Shown piece after piece: positions 22,823 to 34,514 of a DNA stretch of 42,244 nt. The notes beneath the pieces are model-generated. The model was not told the origin of the DNA. It saw nothing but the letters and a program-made list of their open reading frames with translations, and did no database searches. Each line of letters starts with the position of its first letter. The stretch's first letter is position 1. Source of the stretch: Saprolegnia diclina VS20 (taxonomy: Eukaryota); contig NW_008246097.1 of the NCBI RefSeq assembly GCF_000281045.1, positions 640,490 to 682,733 on the forward strand. Direction: 5' to 3'. Position numbers and translations under genes: made by a program.

Positions 22823-24076
22823 TTACGGCTCCATCGTGGCGCGCGTGAGCATCTCCTTGCCAATGATCATGCGCTGGATCTGCGACGTGCCTTCGTAGAT
22901 CTGGTAGATCTTGGCATCACGCATGAGCTTCTCGACCGGGTACTCGGTGTTGAAGCCGGCGCCACCAAAGATCTGGACCGCGTCGGCCGCAACCTGGTTG
23001 GCCATGTCGCCGGCGAAGCGCTTGGCCATCGACGCATACATGGTGTTCTTCCGGCCGCAGTCGATCTCGTACGCCGCCTTGTACGTGAGCAGACGCGCAG
23101 CTTCAATGTTGGTCGCCATGTCGGCGAGCATGAACATGATGCTCTGGTGCATCGCGATCGGCTGGCCCATCGTCTTGCGTTCGAGCGCGTACTTCTTGGC
23201 CTCTTCCATCGCACGGCGGGCAAGACCGACAGCGCCAATGGCGACCGGCGGGCGGGTGTGGTCGAACGCCTGCATGGCGATCTTGAAGCCGTAGCCGGGC
23301 GTGCCAAGGACGTTCTCTTCCGGGACAACGACGTCTTCGAACGTGATGCCACGCGTGTCCGAGCAGCGCTGGCCGAGGTTGATCTCCTTGCGGCCGCGCG
23401 TGATACCGGGCGTGTTGGCATCCACGACGAAGCCCGTGAAGGCCGAGCCGGCCGAGGCCGTCGGGTCCGTCTTGGCAAGGACAAAGTACCAGTCGGCGAC
23501 ACCGCCGTTCGTGATCCACATCTTGGAGCCGTTGATGACCCAGCTGTTGCCCTTCTTGACGGCCGTTGTCTTGGCGGCGGCAACGTCCGAGCCGGCACCC
23601 GGTTCCGTCACGCAGTACGCGGCCTGGCGCGGAGCCTCCGTGAGGCGGCCAAAGTACTTGGCGCACTGGGCGTCGTTACCCGCGACGAGCACGGGCGCCA
23701 GGGCCAAGTGGTTGGCCTCAATCGCCGTCATCATGCCCGTGCAGCCGTACGCGAGCTCTTCGCCGATGATGCAGCCGTCGAGCGAGCCGAGGCCCATGCC
23801 GCCGTACTTTTCCGGAATGTGGCCGTTGACCAAGCCAAGTTCCCACGCCTTGTCGAAGATTTCCTTGGGGTACTCCATCGTCTGGTCGTAGTGCTTCTCC
23901 TTCGGGATCATCTCTTCGCGGGCAAACTTGCGCGCAAGGAGCTGGAACTCCTTCTGCGTATCCGTGAGCTTGAAGCTAATGCCATTGAGCTGCGACTCGT
24001 CGATGGACGCATGGGCGGCGAAGCCGCGGGCGAAGAGCGCCTTCTTGGCAGCGACGGTAGCGTTGCGGGCCAGCAT
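22823..24076 (-). CDS. ACADM: Medium-chain acyl-CoA dehydrogenase paralog B, canonical, mitochondrial, intronless
   Basis: Presequence [49 protein letters not shown] and [14 protein letters not shown] with the catalytic Glu. Confidence 0.95.
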   Translation of the reverse strand: MLARNATVAAKKALFARGFAAHASIDESQLNGISFKLTDTQKEFQLLARKFAREEMIPKEKHYDQTMEYPKEIFDKAWELGLVNGHIPEKYGGMGLGSLDGCIIGEELAYGCTGMMTAIEANHLALAPVLVAGNDAQCAKYFGRLTEAPRQAAYCVTEPGAGSDVAAAKTTAVKKGNSWVINGSKMWITNGGVADWYFVLAKTDPTASAGSAFTGFVVDANTPGITRGRKEINLGQRCSDTRGITFEDVVVPEENVLGTPGYGFKIAMQAFDHTRPPVAIGAVGLARRAMEEAKKYALERKTMGQPIAMHQSIMFMLADMATNIEAARLLTYKAAYEIDCGRKNTMYASMAKRFAGDMANQVAADAVQIFGGAGFNTEYPVEKLMRDAKIYQIYEGTSQIQRMIIGKEMLTRATMEP

Positions 24077-24079
24077 GGG

Positions 24080-24096
24080 GAAATTGCAAAGTGTGG
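24080..24096 (-). promoter_or_regulatory. Oomycete-type Inr+FPR core promoter of ACAD paralog B
   Basis: The minus strand reads CCACACTTTGCAATTTC just before the ATG at 24076, which supports this start over the track's 24169. Confidence 0.6.
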
Positions 24097-24799
24097 ACCC
24101 CAGAGTTAGATCCCTCAAGTTGACGAAACCCGGTGGATTTTTATTGTACCCGGTTGCCTTTTTATGCATCAGCTTTTATTTGTACTTGGTGTTTCTATGT
24201 AGAATTAGCTATTTTGCATAAAAATACGAATTCAACGCGTATTTTATGCTTGGCCACGGCCCGTGTTGATGCATCATGCAATCCAAGCAACTTCAAGGTG
24301 CGTGCGGTAAGTGCGTGGGGCAAACAGGTTTGTCCCGTTTTACCCGCCTTTGTCCCATTGACCGGCTTGGCGTTTCGCGAGGAACGAAGGCCGGGGAAGT
24401 CGCTCGCTCGCTTACGGGGAACATCAGTCCCTTGCGTCGGGAATTGAAAGCTGCAGCAACAATGGAAGCGTTGATACTGCAAGACATTTATCTACCGTTT
24501 CCTTTGCTGCAAAGGCTTTGCCTGTGGCGAAGTGGTTGCTTGAGCTTTCCGGACGACCGATTGTGTGAGGTTAGATTGCAGCTTGAGAACGCAAGACACA
24601 CCGTAGGCTCTAGGCAACAAAACCAGCGGTGCGACCTTTCCTACCTCTGGCGGCCCGCGCATGAACGACGTCGCAGGTCGTGGCGCGAATCTCCCGAATG
24701 GGTGAAACGTGTTGATGGTTTGCTTCTGGGAGAAACCTTGATGGACAGTGGGGCAAACCAATCGCACTCGTCCGGAATAAGATCTCTCGAAGGATTGCG

Positions 24800-27700
24800 A
24801 TGGCAGATGCGTCATGGTACCATAGCGCCTGCGTCAGCGTCCGCGCCGCGACGGGCCTCCCGCCGTACTGCCGCCACGTCCTATTGCACTTTGTCTACGA
24901 GCACACAACCGCGAAGCGCGTCTTGACCAAGAGCCCGCCAGCGACTGTCCGCCAACAGGGCATGGCCATCTGGACCGACGCCACCGCAGTTGTGCCAACG
25001 ACGAGCCCGTGCGTCACGATCGAGCTGTGGCACGCGCACCGCGACCACGACCTCTTCCTCGGCTGCGTCGAGGTGGCGCTCACCAAGTCACCGCCGACGC
25101 CAGGTATCGCCATGCTGTCTCGTATGCCCACCTCACCCATTTTGGCTTTCAGAAGTGGGACCGGTATGGGTCATGGTCCATGCTGCTCGCTACGAAGGCG
25201 TGCCGACGACGGGCATGAGCTTGGAGGTGGTCGTCTCGTACATACAGGCGAGCACTCTGCGCCGGACAAAGCCGGTCGGGCCGGCGCCGAGCGTTGTGGA
25301 CCCAGCGTTCCGCTTCCGTGTGCCCCACTTGGACATCAACTGGGCCGAGGTTGTCAGCACCAACGTGCAAGAAATCTTCTTCCTCGTACGTACGCGATCG
25401 CTCTTTGCGCTGGACGCAAGCAAACCTAGGGCACGACCGACCCACTGCTTGCGCTCCAGAGCACCGTCCTGTACGGCAACACGCTCGCCACCTTGGGTAC
25501 AAACACACTCCTCTCGCTTGTTGACCGTGCGCTAGACATCGATATCGACAAGGACCATGAAAAAGCCTTCCAAATGTGCCAGTTTGCGGCCCAGTATCTA
25601 CAAAGTTGCGTCGATTTGCTCACACAGCGCCAAGCGCAGTACGAAGGCGCTCTGACCGACCTCGTCCAGCGACAAGCCGACCTCCGTGACCAGCACCAGG
25701 CCAAAGTAAGAGCTAGTGTAGCTTGCGCCTGTACGAGTCCCGTGTGATGTAGAAGCACCTTCTTCACAAGCTACGTAAGCAAGTCGCCGACTGCGACGTG
25801 CTTCTCACAGCGTACGATGTCGTGGCCGCCAAGTTACCGCCACCAACCACAACGCCAGCCCCACCTACAGCGACAACAATCGCTCCGTCGATCGCAGTGT
25901 CTTTGCCCACTGCTGAGACGATACCGTCACCGCCGTCGGTCGAAAAGTCGACCGACCACGAGTCGCTCAAGGCCACGGCGATGCTCACGACGTACGAAGA
26001 ACGCATGGAGAAGCTGCGGCTCGCCAAAGAGGCGACGCGGGCCGAGCGCATCGAAGCCGAGAAGCGTCGCCTCTTGCAGACAATGGCCGAACAGGCCAAG
26101 CAGCGCGAGTGGCGCGACGCCCTTGCGCTTCAGGACAGCGCGGCCGTGCACATTGCAGCGTGCCGACTCCAAGCGTGGTGCCGACACCTCGCTTTCATAA
26201 CTCGATACCGGCGCGACCGCCACCAATTCCTTGCCGCGCAGTGCATTCAAGCCAGAGTTCGGCAGCGTCATGCAGCACGTGCTGTCCTTCTACTGCGTCA
26301 ACGTCGAGCGATCGAAGCGACCCAAATGCACCTGCAGTACGAACACGTCCAGCGGGAGCAAGCTGCGCGTGTAGAGGCGCAGCGCCAAGCCGACATCAAG
26401 GCGCTTGAGCCGGTGCTGCTCTTGTGGAACGACCTCCAGCATGCCTTTGCTACCGCCATTGCCAACGGGACGGACGTCTTTGGCTTCTTTGATCGAAAGC
26501 GATGCGGCAGCGTGGACCGGGCGTCGTTTCGGCAGCAGCTCGCGCGGCTCGGCTTTGACGTGCCCCGCCCCGTGATACGCCGGTGCGTTCACCCACGCGT
26601 GCCAGCGCCCATGGCGATGTGTAGGTTGATCCAGCAGATCCATGCCAAGAACCAATTCAGCTCGTCTCATCTTGGGTTTACTCGGCCGCAGTTCAACACT
26701 GCGTTCGAGCTCCAAGATATCGAGCCGCCACCCCCACCGGTTGTCGAGCCGCTTGCCGTCCCGCCGTCATTGCAGGAAGAGCAGGCACCATTGCAGACGA
26801 CGTCAACTACACCCACAGGCGACATGGACTCGATCGAGCACCTCAGCAGTGTCATCCACGCCCTCCGTGCACGCATTCTCGAGGCCGCGACCGCTCGCCT
26901 TGGACATGGCACTTCGCTTTCGTTCGAGGCGATGAAGGCCGCGCTCGCATCGGTCTTCGAGTCGCTCGACACCGAGGCGGGCGGCGACCTGCCTCTCGCC
27001 AGCTTCCGCGACGGCTTGCAGTCGGCACTGCACTTGCACTTTGAGGACGACGTGTGGGCGATCGTGGACGCGTGCTTGGACGTGGATGGCAGCGGCTCCA
27101 TTAGCATTGCCGAGTTCGTCTCGTTTGCGTTCACGTCGCCAACGTCCGAGGAGCTCGGTGTGCTCGGGTATCGGCTCCGCGATGCAATTCTACAGCGGAT
27201 CAAAGCCGCCCGCAAGGACGCCGGCGGTCTCGAAGCCGCAGTGCAAGCTGTGTTTTACCCGCTGTACAAGCGCGCCACGGACGCCGCACCCGTGGCGGCC
27301 TTTTGCCACACGCTCCAGCAGCTGCATCTCGGGTTCTCGCCTCCGCAGCTCTCGCGCCTCGTCATGCGGCTCGATAACGTACGTACGCGCAGTCAGCCGC
27401 GTATTGAGGTGTCCTAGGACGGCGACCATACGATATCGCTCGACGAACTCCTGCGCTGGCTCAAGCTTCGGACGGGCCCGAAAGTGGTCGTGGAAGCGAC
27501 ACAACCGCGCCTGAGCATGTCGAGCCTTGTCGTCAAGCAGGTCCGCGATGCGCTCGTATCGGTCGCGCGAGCGCACCACGACGGCAACGTCAAGAGCCTC
27601 TTTGAGGCGATGGACGCCAACGGCAGCAAGCAGCTCAACGCGCGTGAGATCCACGCGTTCTTGAGAGAGCATACGCCGCTGCCTCTCTCGGCCATTGACG

Positions 27701-28371
27701 CCGCGGTGCGGTGCATGGACGTCGGTGGCAACGGCGTCGTCTCCAAGAGCGAGCTCGTCGCGTTTTGCAGCGAAGCGACCGAGACCGAAGAAGTCGGCGT
27801 CCTCGCCGAGCAGTGCCGCGCCGCGCTTCTGCACTTGGACGTGCCAGCGCTCCAAGCGTGGTTTGAAGCGTTGGACCCTACGGCGCGCGGCCAAGTGCGC
27901 GTCGCGGAGGTCAGGAAGGCGCTCAAGAAGCTCGTCAAGCTCCACGACCATGATTTGGATCTCGTGCTGCAGCGGCTCGACAAGGATAAGAGCGGCGCGA
28001 TATCGACGGCCGAGATGCTCTCGTGGGTCCACCCGGTCCGGGACATTGAAGTGCTCTTGGCGCTTGTCGAGAGCAATGCATCGCTTCAAGCACTCTCGCT
28101 GGAGGCGTTAGTCGCTGCCTTGGACGCCGACGGCAACGGTGCGGTCGGTATCGACGAGCTGCACGCGGGCCTGAACCTATATGGACTTCGGCTCCAGCGC
28201 GCCGAGGCCGCGCTGCTGCTCGACGAGTTCGACATTGATAACGACGGCATTCTCACAAAAGGCGAGCTCCAAGCGATGCTGACCAACAGTGCCGGCGATG
28301 CGTACAGCAGCGACGAAGACGCCCCAGACGACGCCTATGGCTATGGCGAGGACGGGTTTGACGAGGACTAG
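24800..28371 (+). CDS. Large multi-exon protein: C2-like domain, DZIP1/Iguana N-terminal-like domain, coiled coil, IQ motifs, multiple EF-hands
   Basis: VRAATGLP..VTIELWH..DLFLGCVEV (C2-like); FRFR..DINWAEV..KAFQMCQFAAQYL (Dzip-like_N); RLQAWCR and CIQARVRQ (IQ); EF loops DVDGSGSISIAE, DANGSKQLNARE, DKDKSGAISTAE, DADGNGAVGIDE, DIDNDGILTKGE; 5 introns. Confidence 0.8.
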
Positions 28372-28406
28372 CGACGTGTACTACGGACTACCTATGTCCC
28401 TTGTTA

Positions 28407-30335
28407 CTACTCGTCAAAATCAAATACGGTGAGAAGACACTGCGGCTGTGCTTTCTTCGGTCGCGCCTTGCGTTCGAGCACGCTGCTCGTGCGCTGCTTT
28501 TTGCTGCTGTCAGACGACGCGATCGGCGTCCTGACGGTCGTTGTTGGTGTTCTGGACCGGCGCTTGCTCACTGGTTGCCGCTTGCGTCGCGACCCCAACT
28601 CGGTGACGGTGAAGTCCCCAGTGTCGCTTTGCGTGTCCAATAACATAGCCGACGTAGGCGATGGCGTCGGGCGGCGCGCTCCATTGGCTGGTACCTTTGG
28701 CGTTCGCCGGCGCTTGTTGGTTCTGGTCGACAGGTCGTCGTCGTCCGACTCGTCGTCCACTTGCAGACGGTGCACTTGGAGCCGAAAGGCATCGGCGGGC
28801 GGCGTCAACTGACACGCTGGCGACGGACGCGGTGGTCGCTGTGGCGGTGACGCGCACGGTGGCGGTGACGCGGCGGCGATCTTGGCGTAAATGGCCGCGA
28901 CGTCGGCGTCGGGTCCGGCCACGGCAGCTTGAATCGCCGATGTCGCCGTCTCGTCGCCCTCGACGCGCTTGAGTTCTGTCTCGACTTGGACACACGTCGC
29001 GAGGATCTCGGGCGTGAGCGCGCCAATGTGCGCGTGGAGCTTGGCGAACGCGAGGAGCGAGGCGAGAAGCAGCGTAAACGACTGGTTTGGGAGTGCGTCG
29101 CGCACTGCCTTGGCGTCAGTCGGCCGATCCCGCACGAGGCAGCCGAGAAGGAGTGCCATGGACCCGCGCAGGACCACATCCTCGGCCGACTCGGTGCCGT
29201 GCTGCGTCAAAAAGGCCATACAGTGGTCGACCAGATGCATTGGATAGCTCCAGACGTCAGCGCGGTTGCGCGCGTCCAGCTCGACGCAGTTGACGAGCGC
29301 ACTGACAAGCAGAAGCACTTGGTCAAAGTCGGAACGTGGTGCGACGCTGCAGAACGTTCTTGCCAAGGTGCGTGCACCGTGCAGGTTGGCAATGATGGCG
29401 CATGCGTCATCGTTCTTGTGCGTCAGGTTGATGACCACACGCAGCGCATAGAGGTACACCTCGGCATTCTCGGTCGTCGGGCTCGCGGCGAGAAGGTCCG
29501 TGAAGAGCGCGGGCAGAACGGTCGTGTGCGCCACGAGATGGGCTTGGTTGAGCGGGTCGAGGTAGGACGCTTGGTCGAGCACACGGAGACTGATGCTCGA
29601 CAGGTTGCGGCGAGCGATAATGTCGAGACCATGCGCTTCCCGAAGCAGCTGCTTTCGACTCTCGATGATGCGAGACGAGGCCGTGGGGGCGGCGGCGCCG
29701 AAATGGCCCGCGGCCTTGTCAAGCAGCGTATTGTACAGAATACCAAGCACGATGTCGTACAGCGAGAGGTTTGGTGATGCGCGAAACGAGGGCTCGAGGC
29801 GCAGCAGCGCTTGCATGTCGTCAGAGGGCGTGGTCGATGTTCGCTTCGTCGTTGCCGTCTTCTTCTTCTTGACCAACATGCGGGCACGCGGTGTGGTGGC
29901 GGCGGTAGGCGACGGCGTCACATCGGCTAGAAGCGTCCAGTGCTTGGCGTCGTCGAGCTGCAAGACATGGAGGACGGTGCGCAGCGCATCCGTTGTCACC
30001 GCGTCGGCGTTTTCGCGGTCCAGTGTCACAAAGTAGAGAAAGCCCATCATGCAATAGACGAGCGCATGGTCGCGACTCTCGGGCGCGAGGGTCTCGACGA
30101 GGCAAATGCAGTCAGTGAGGCCACCTTGAGCTCGGAGGAGGAAGCGGCCGGTCATCGCCCCGTTGACCGCCGGCCCGGGCGCGAAATGGCTCGAGCACAT
30201 GGTGGCGAGCGTGTACGCGCTCATGGCGCGGCTCGCGTCGGAGCCACCTTCTTCGAGGCCTTGGAGGAGGTACTCGACCTGCTCGCCGGCGGTCGCGCTG
30301 CCGCCATGGTGCTGGAGGTGCGCGGTGGTCTGCAT
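28407..30335 (-). CDS. WAPL: WAPL (cohesin release factor) domain protein, intronless
   Basis: EQVEYLLQGL..RAMSAYTLATMC..RFLLRAQG, ALRVVINLTHKNDDAC, LVNCVELDARNR and MALLLGCL match the WAPL helical domain. Start at 30335 preferred. Confidence 0.8.
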   Translation of the reverse strand: MQTTAHLQHHGGSATAGEQVEYLLQGLEEGGSDASRAMSAYTLATMCSSHFAPGPAVNGAMTGRFLLRAQGGLTDCICLVETLAPESRDHALVYCMMGFLYFVTLDRENADAVTTDALRTVLHVLQLDDAKHWTLLADVTPSPTAATTPRARMLVKKKKTATTKRTSTTPSDDMQALLRLEPSFRASPNLSLYDIVLGILYNTLLDKAAGHFGAAAPTASSRIIESRKQLLREAHGLDIIARRNLSSISLRVLDQASYLDPLNQAHLVAHTTVLPALFTDLLAASPTTENAEVYLYALRVVINLTHKNDDACAIIANLHGARTLARTFCSVAPRSDFDQVLLLVSALVNCVELDARNRADVWSYPMHLVDHCMAFLTQHGTESAEDVVLRGSMALLLGCLVRDRPTDAKAVRDALPNQSFTLLLASLLAFAKLHAHIGALTPEILATCVQVETELKRVEGDETATSAIQAAVAGPDADVAAIYAKIAAASPPPCASPPQRPPRPSPACQLTPPADAFRLQVHRLQVDDESDDDDLSTRTNKRRRTPKVPANGARRPTPSPTSAMLLDTQSDTGDFTVTELGSRRKRQPVSKRRSRTPTTTVRTPIASSDSSKKQRTSSVLERKARPKKAQPQCLLTVFDFDE

Positions 30336-31178
30336 CCCGTATGTACACGCCGAATCACGGATTGGTTGAAAATCGAAACACGAGCGAATCCCCATCCAGG
30401 ATTCGAAATATACAGCCAATCACAGAGCGTGATCGAGCATTCGAATTTTCCCTCGCTTTCATCGACGGAATCTTCCGGCAGCAGCTACGCTTCCTCGGAT
30501 CAATCGCTCGAGGTACCGGTATTACATGCAAATCAACTTGGTACGACAGGCCAAGACGCATGGCGCGCTGCTGCGATGGGCTAACGATGGCTAGCGCACC
30601 CTCGACGATCGCCAAGGGAAGTGAAAGTACCGTGAAAGCCCGAGTCCCTTCCAGCATCAAGACGCGTCCGTTGCAAGGTTGTAGCTACTCGACCTCGCGA
30701 CGGCCATGGGGCGCGGCCTTGGCTGGCTGATTGTCGTCTTGTTGCTACGTTGACATGTGGGCGACATGGAGACGCACGCCGTCGGCCTCTTCGCCGTCTA
30801 CCGCAGCAGGGCTTGCGTTGCGCCGTGCACGGGTTGCATCCCCATCACGCCTTCGTGCTGCATGGTCCTTGGCGTCGGTGACGTCCACGGGCTTCCATGG
30901 GCCGACGAGGCTCAAGATCCTGACGTGGCCGCTGGAATCTGGGACATGTGGTGGCGGTCGAAGGAATCGAGTTTGAGAGGCTTGAAGCGGACTTCGATTA
31001 AATCTGCGAGGTCGCGACCGATGCGCCGGATACGGGCCCGTTGGCTTGCGTTGGCTACCACGTCCTCCGGATAAACTCCAACCCTACCCACGTGCGTTCG
31101 AAATTCGAAATTCTATTTTTGTGTGGTTCTGTCGGGCCCAGTGGCGAATTTGCAGGGACGAACGCAAGCAGCAGCAAC

Positions 31179-32660
31179 ATGGCCGACGACAAGAAGTACC
31201 AGGACGACGAGCTCCTCGACTACGGCGAGGACGACGAGGTCACGACGACGGCCGAGAAGGCCGCCCCCACGGAGACCAAGAAGTAAGACGCCCATGCATG
31301 CGATCGCCGGAAGCTAATCACCTCCAAGGGGCCACTACGTCGGTATCCACAGCGCCGGCTTCAAAGACTTCCTCCTCAAGCCCGAGTGCTTGCGCGCGGT
31401 CGTGGACTGTGGCTTTGAGCACCCGTCGGAAGTGCAGCACGAGTGCATTCCCCAGGCCGTGCTTGGCATGGACATCATTTGCCAGGCCAAGTCGGGTATG
31501 GGCAAGACCGCCGTCTTTGTGCTCGCGACGCTGCACCAGGTGCGTACTCGCACGTCGTCGCTGCGCGGGACCTAATCTCGCCTTGCAGCTCGAGCCCGTC
31601 GCCGAACAGATCAGCGTCATTGTGCTCTGCCACACGCGCGAACTCGCCTTTCAGATTGCCCACGAGTACGAGCGCTTCAGCAAGTACTTGCCGGATGTCA
31701 AGACGGCCGTCTTTTACGGCGGTGTCCCGATCGTCCAGAACCGCGAGACGCTCAAGAACACGCCCCCTCACATCCTTGTCGGCACGCCGGGCCGCGTCCT
31801 TGGCCTGCTCAAGGAAAAGACCTTGAAGCTCGACAAGGTCAAGCACTTCGTCATGGATGAGTGCGACAAGCTCCTCGACTCTGTTGGTACGCACAACCCG
31901 TTCTCTTGAACCGGTTAGCTCAAATTCTCATCGCTAGACATGCGCCGCGATGTCCAGGATATCTTCAAGGCGACGCCCCACGACAAGCAGGTCATGCTCT
32001 TCTCGGCCACGCTGAGCAAGGAAGTGCGCCCTGTGTGCCGAAAGTTCTGCCAAGACGTACGTTGCCTTCGCCTTGGCAGGGACAGAGTGCTCATGATGAG
32101 GTTTGTGTGATTAGCCCATGGAGATTTACGTCGATGACGAGACCAAGCTCACGCTCCACGGTCTGCAGCAGTACTTCATCAAGCTCCAGGAAGCGGAGAA
32201 GAACCGCAAGCTGAACGACTTGCTCGATGCCCTCGAGTTCAACCAGGTTGTCATCTTCGTCTCAAAGAAGAACCGTGCCCGCGAGCTCAACCGCCTCCTC
32301 AACGAGTGCAACTTCCCGGCCATCTGCATCACGTCGGACCTGGCCCAGGACGAGCGCATCAAGCGCTACAAGAGCTTCAAGGAGTTCCAAAAGCGTATTC
32401 TCGTCACGACCGACTTGTTTGGCCGTGGTATGGATATCGAGCGCGTCAACATCGTCATCAACTACGATTTCCCGAACGACAGCGACCAGTACTTGCACCG
32501 TGTCGGTCGCGCCGGCCGCTTCGGCACGAAGGGTCTCTCGATCTCGTTCATCTCGTCGAACGAGGACTCGGACATGCTGGCCAAGGTCCAGTCGCGCTTC
32601 GAAGTCAACATCCCCGAGCTGCCGGACCAGATCGACATCTCGACCTACATGAGTACATAG
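31179..32660 (+). CDS. UAP56: DECD-box RNA helicase UAP56/SUB2 (DDX39), 4 introns
   Basis: [75 protein letters not shown]. Confidence 0.97.
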
Positions 32661-33216
32661 GCATCCCACGAGTCCGAGCTCGCTTGCGGCGCCGCTTAAT
32701 TTGATAATACCAGCTTGGCTTGAGAACGGCGACTCCTCTGCGACCATCCGACCGCGACTAGACCCTCCTCCTTATTTTGAACCAATATAAATATTCCTCT
32801 TCCTCTCCCGTCTTGCGTTCTCTGTCTAGGCGCTCGTTTTAGCCCATGTCTGAGGCGTAGACTTACCGCCTTGTTGCCTCCATGTCCTCAAGCCCAGCCC
32901 CTCTAAGCGCACCCTGCTACGAGTAGGTGCCATGTCAAATTGCTGGCGATCTGCGGCAAGAGCTGCGGGAAGATCGCCAGCATGTTGACGCAACAGTGGG
33001 CACGTTCATGACCGCCCAAGCTACAGGCGCCAACTACTCCTCTGCGCGCGCGTATCTTGCGGAAGGCGCTGCATACACGGGCTCGCCGCATTGTCACGCG
33101 TGCTGCCATAGACCCGCATGGCCGCCGATGTCGTCGCCGCCCGAGGAATAGCCGCCAACAATGCGCTGCAGGCTCTAGGCTCTAGCCGATCATCCCGTGC
33201 AAAATACAAAAGCTTG

Positions 33217-34470
33217 ATGGTGCTGTTTCGCCCGGTCCGCACGCTCCGGCCGGTCGGCGTCGCTCGCTTGACGGGCTACACCAAGGTCGACGACGCGGCC
33301 TTCCAGGGCCTCAGCTTCAAGCTCAACGACACGCAGCGCGAGGTGCAGCTCCTCGCACGCAAGTTTGCCGCCGACGAGATGATCCCGGTCGCCGCCGAGC
33401 TCGACCGCACGATGGCGTTTCCGCACGCGATCTTTGCCAAGGCCCACGAACTCGGCCTCCTCAACGTGCACGTGCCGGAGAAGTATGGCGGCCTCGGCCT
33501 CGGCGCGCTCGACGGCGTCGTCATTGGCGAAGAGCTTTCGTACGGCTGCTCGGGCATGACGGCGGCCATCGAGGTCAACAACGTGGCGGCGGCGCCCCTG
33601 CTTCTCGCGGGCACCGAGACGCAGTGCGCCAAATACCTCGGACGACTCGTGGAAGCTCCTCGCCCGGCGTCGTACTGCGTCACCGAGGCCGGCGCGGGCT
33701 CGGACGTCGCGGCGACCACCACGTCGGCCGTCAAGGTCGGCAACGACTATGTCCTCAATGGCTCCAAGATGTGGATCACGAACGGGGGATATGCCGACTG
33801 GTTCTTTGTCCTCGCCAAGACGGACCCGACGGCGTCGTCTGGCTCGGCGTTTACAGGCTTCATCGTCGACGGCGACTCGGTTGGCATCACGCGTGGTAAG
33901 AAGGAGATCAACATGGGCCAGCGCTGCTCGGACACGCGCAGCATTCACTTTGAAAACGTCGTCGTCCCGAGCGAGAACGTCCTCGGGGCGCCCGGGTACG
34001 GCTTCAAGATCGCCATGCAGGCTTTTGACCGGACGCGACCGCCGGTCGCCATTGGCGCTGTCGGTCTTGCCCGCCGTGCGATGGAAGAGGCCAAGAAGTA
34101 TGCGCTCGAACGCAAGACGATGGGCCAGCCGATCGCGATGCACCAGAGCATCATGTTCATGCTGGCCGACATGGCGACCAACATTGAAGCTGCGCGTCTG
34201 CTCACGTACAAGGCAGCGTACGAGGTCGACTGCGGCCGGAAGAACACCATGTATGCGTCGATGGCCAAGCGCTTTGCTGGCGACATGGTCTACCAAGCCA
34301 CGTTGGACGCGATCCAGATCTTTGGTGGCGCCGGCTTCAACACCGAGTACCCGGTCGAGAAGCTCATGCGCGATGCCAAAATCTACCAAATCTACGAAGG
34401 CACGTCGCAGATCCAGCGGCTCTTGATCGGCAAGGAGATGCTGTCCCGCGCGAGCCTGGCGCCAGAGTAA
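33217..34470 (+). CDS. ACADM: Medium-chain acyl-CoA dehydrogenase paralog C, catalytic Glu present, intronless
   Basis: Presequence [18 protein letters not shown]; same motif set as paralog B, including [10 protein letters not shown]. Confidence 0.93.
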   Translation: MVLFRPVRTLRPVGVARLTGYTKVDDAAFQGLSFKLNDTQREVQLLARKFAADEMIPVAAELDRTMAFPHAIFAKAHELGLLNVHVPEKYGGLGLGALDGVVIGEELSYGCSGMTAAIEVNNVAAAPLLLAGTETQCAKYLGRLVEAPRPASYCVTEAGAGSDVAATTTSAVKVGNDYVLNGSKMWITNGGYADWFFVLAKTDPTASSGSAFTGFIVDGDSVGITRGKKEINMGQRCSDTRSIHFENVVVPSENVLGAPGYGFKIAMQAFDRTRPPVAIGAVGLARRAMEEAKKYALERKTMGQPIAMHQSIMFMLADMATNIEAARLLTYKAAYEVDCGRKNTMYASMAKRFAGDMVYQATLDAIQIFGGAGFNTEYPVEKLMRDAKIYQIYEGTSQIQRLLIGKEMLSRASLAPE

Positions 34471-34514
34471 CACGCTGCAAGAGAAAGCGCGATAGCAGGT
34501 ATATTCACAGCGTC

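Noticed and set aside
24316..24336. Small hairpin GGGGCAAAC-AG-GTTTGTCCC in the ACAD-B/DZIP-like divergent spacer
   Set aside because: Short stem with a 2-nt loop and no supporting context.
33190..34473. Long antisense ORFs over real genes (e.g. 33190-34473 -, 23147-24109 +, 27190-28089 -, 38406-38906 -)
   Set aside because: These are shadow ORFs expected from GC-rich codon usage; they have no motifs and the opposite strand encodes conserved proteins.
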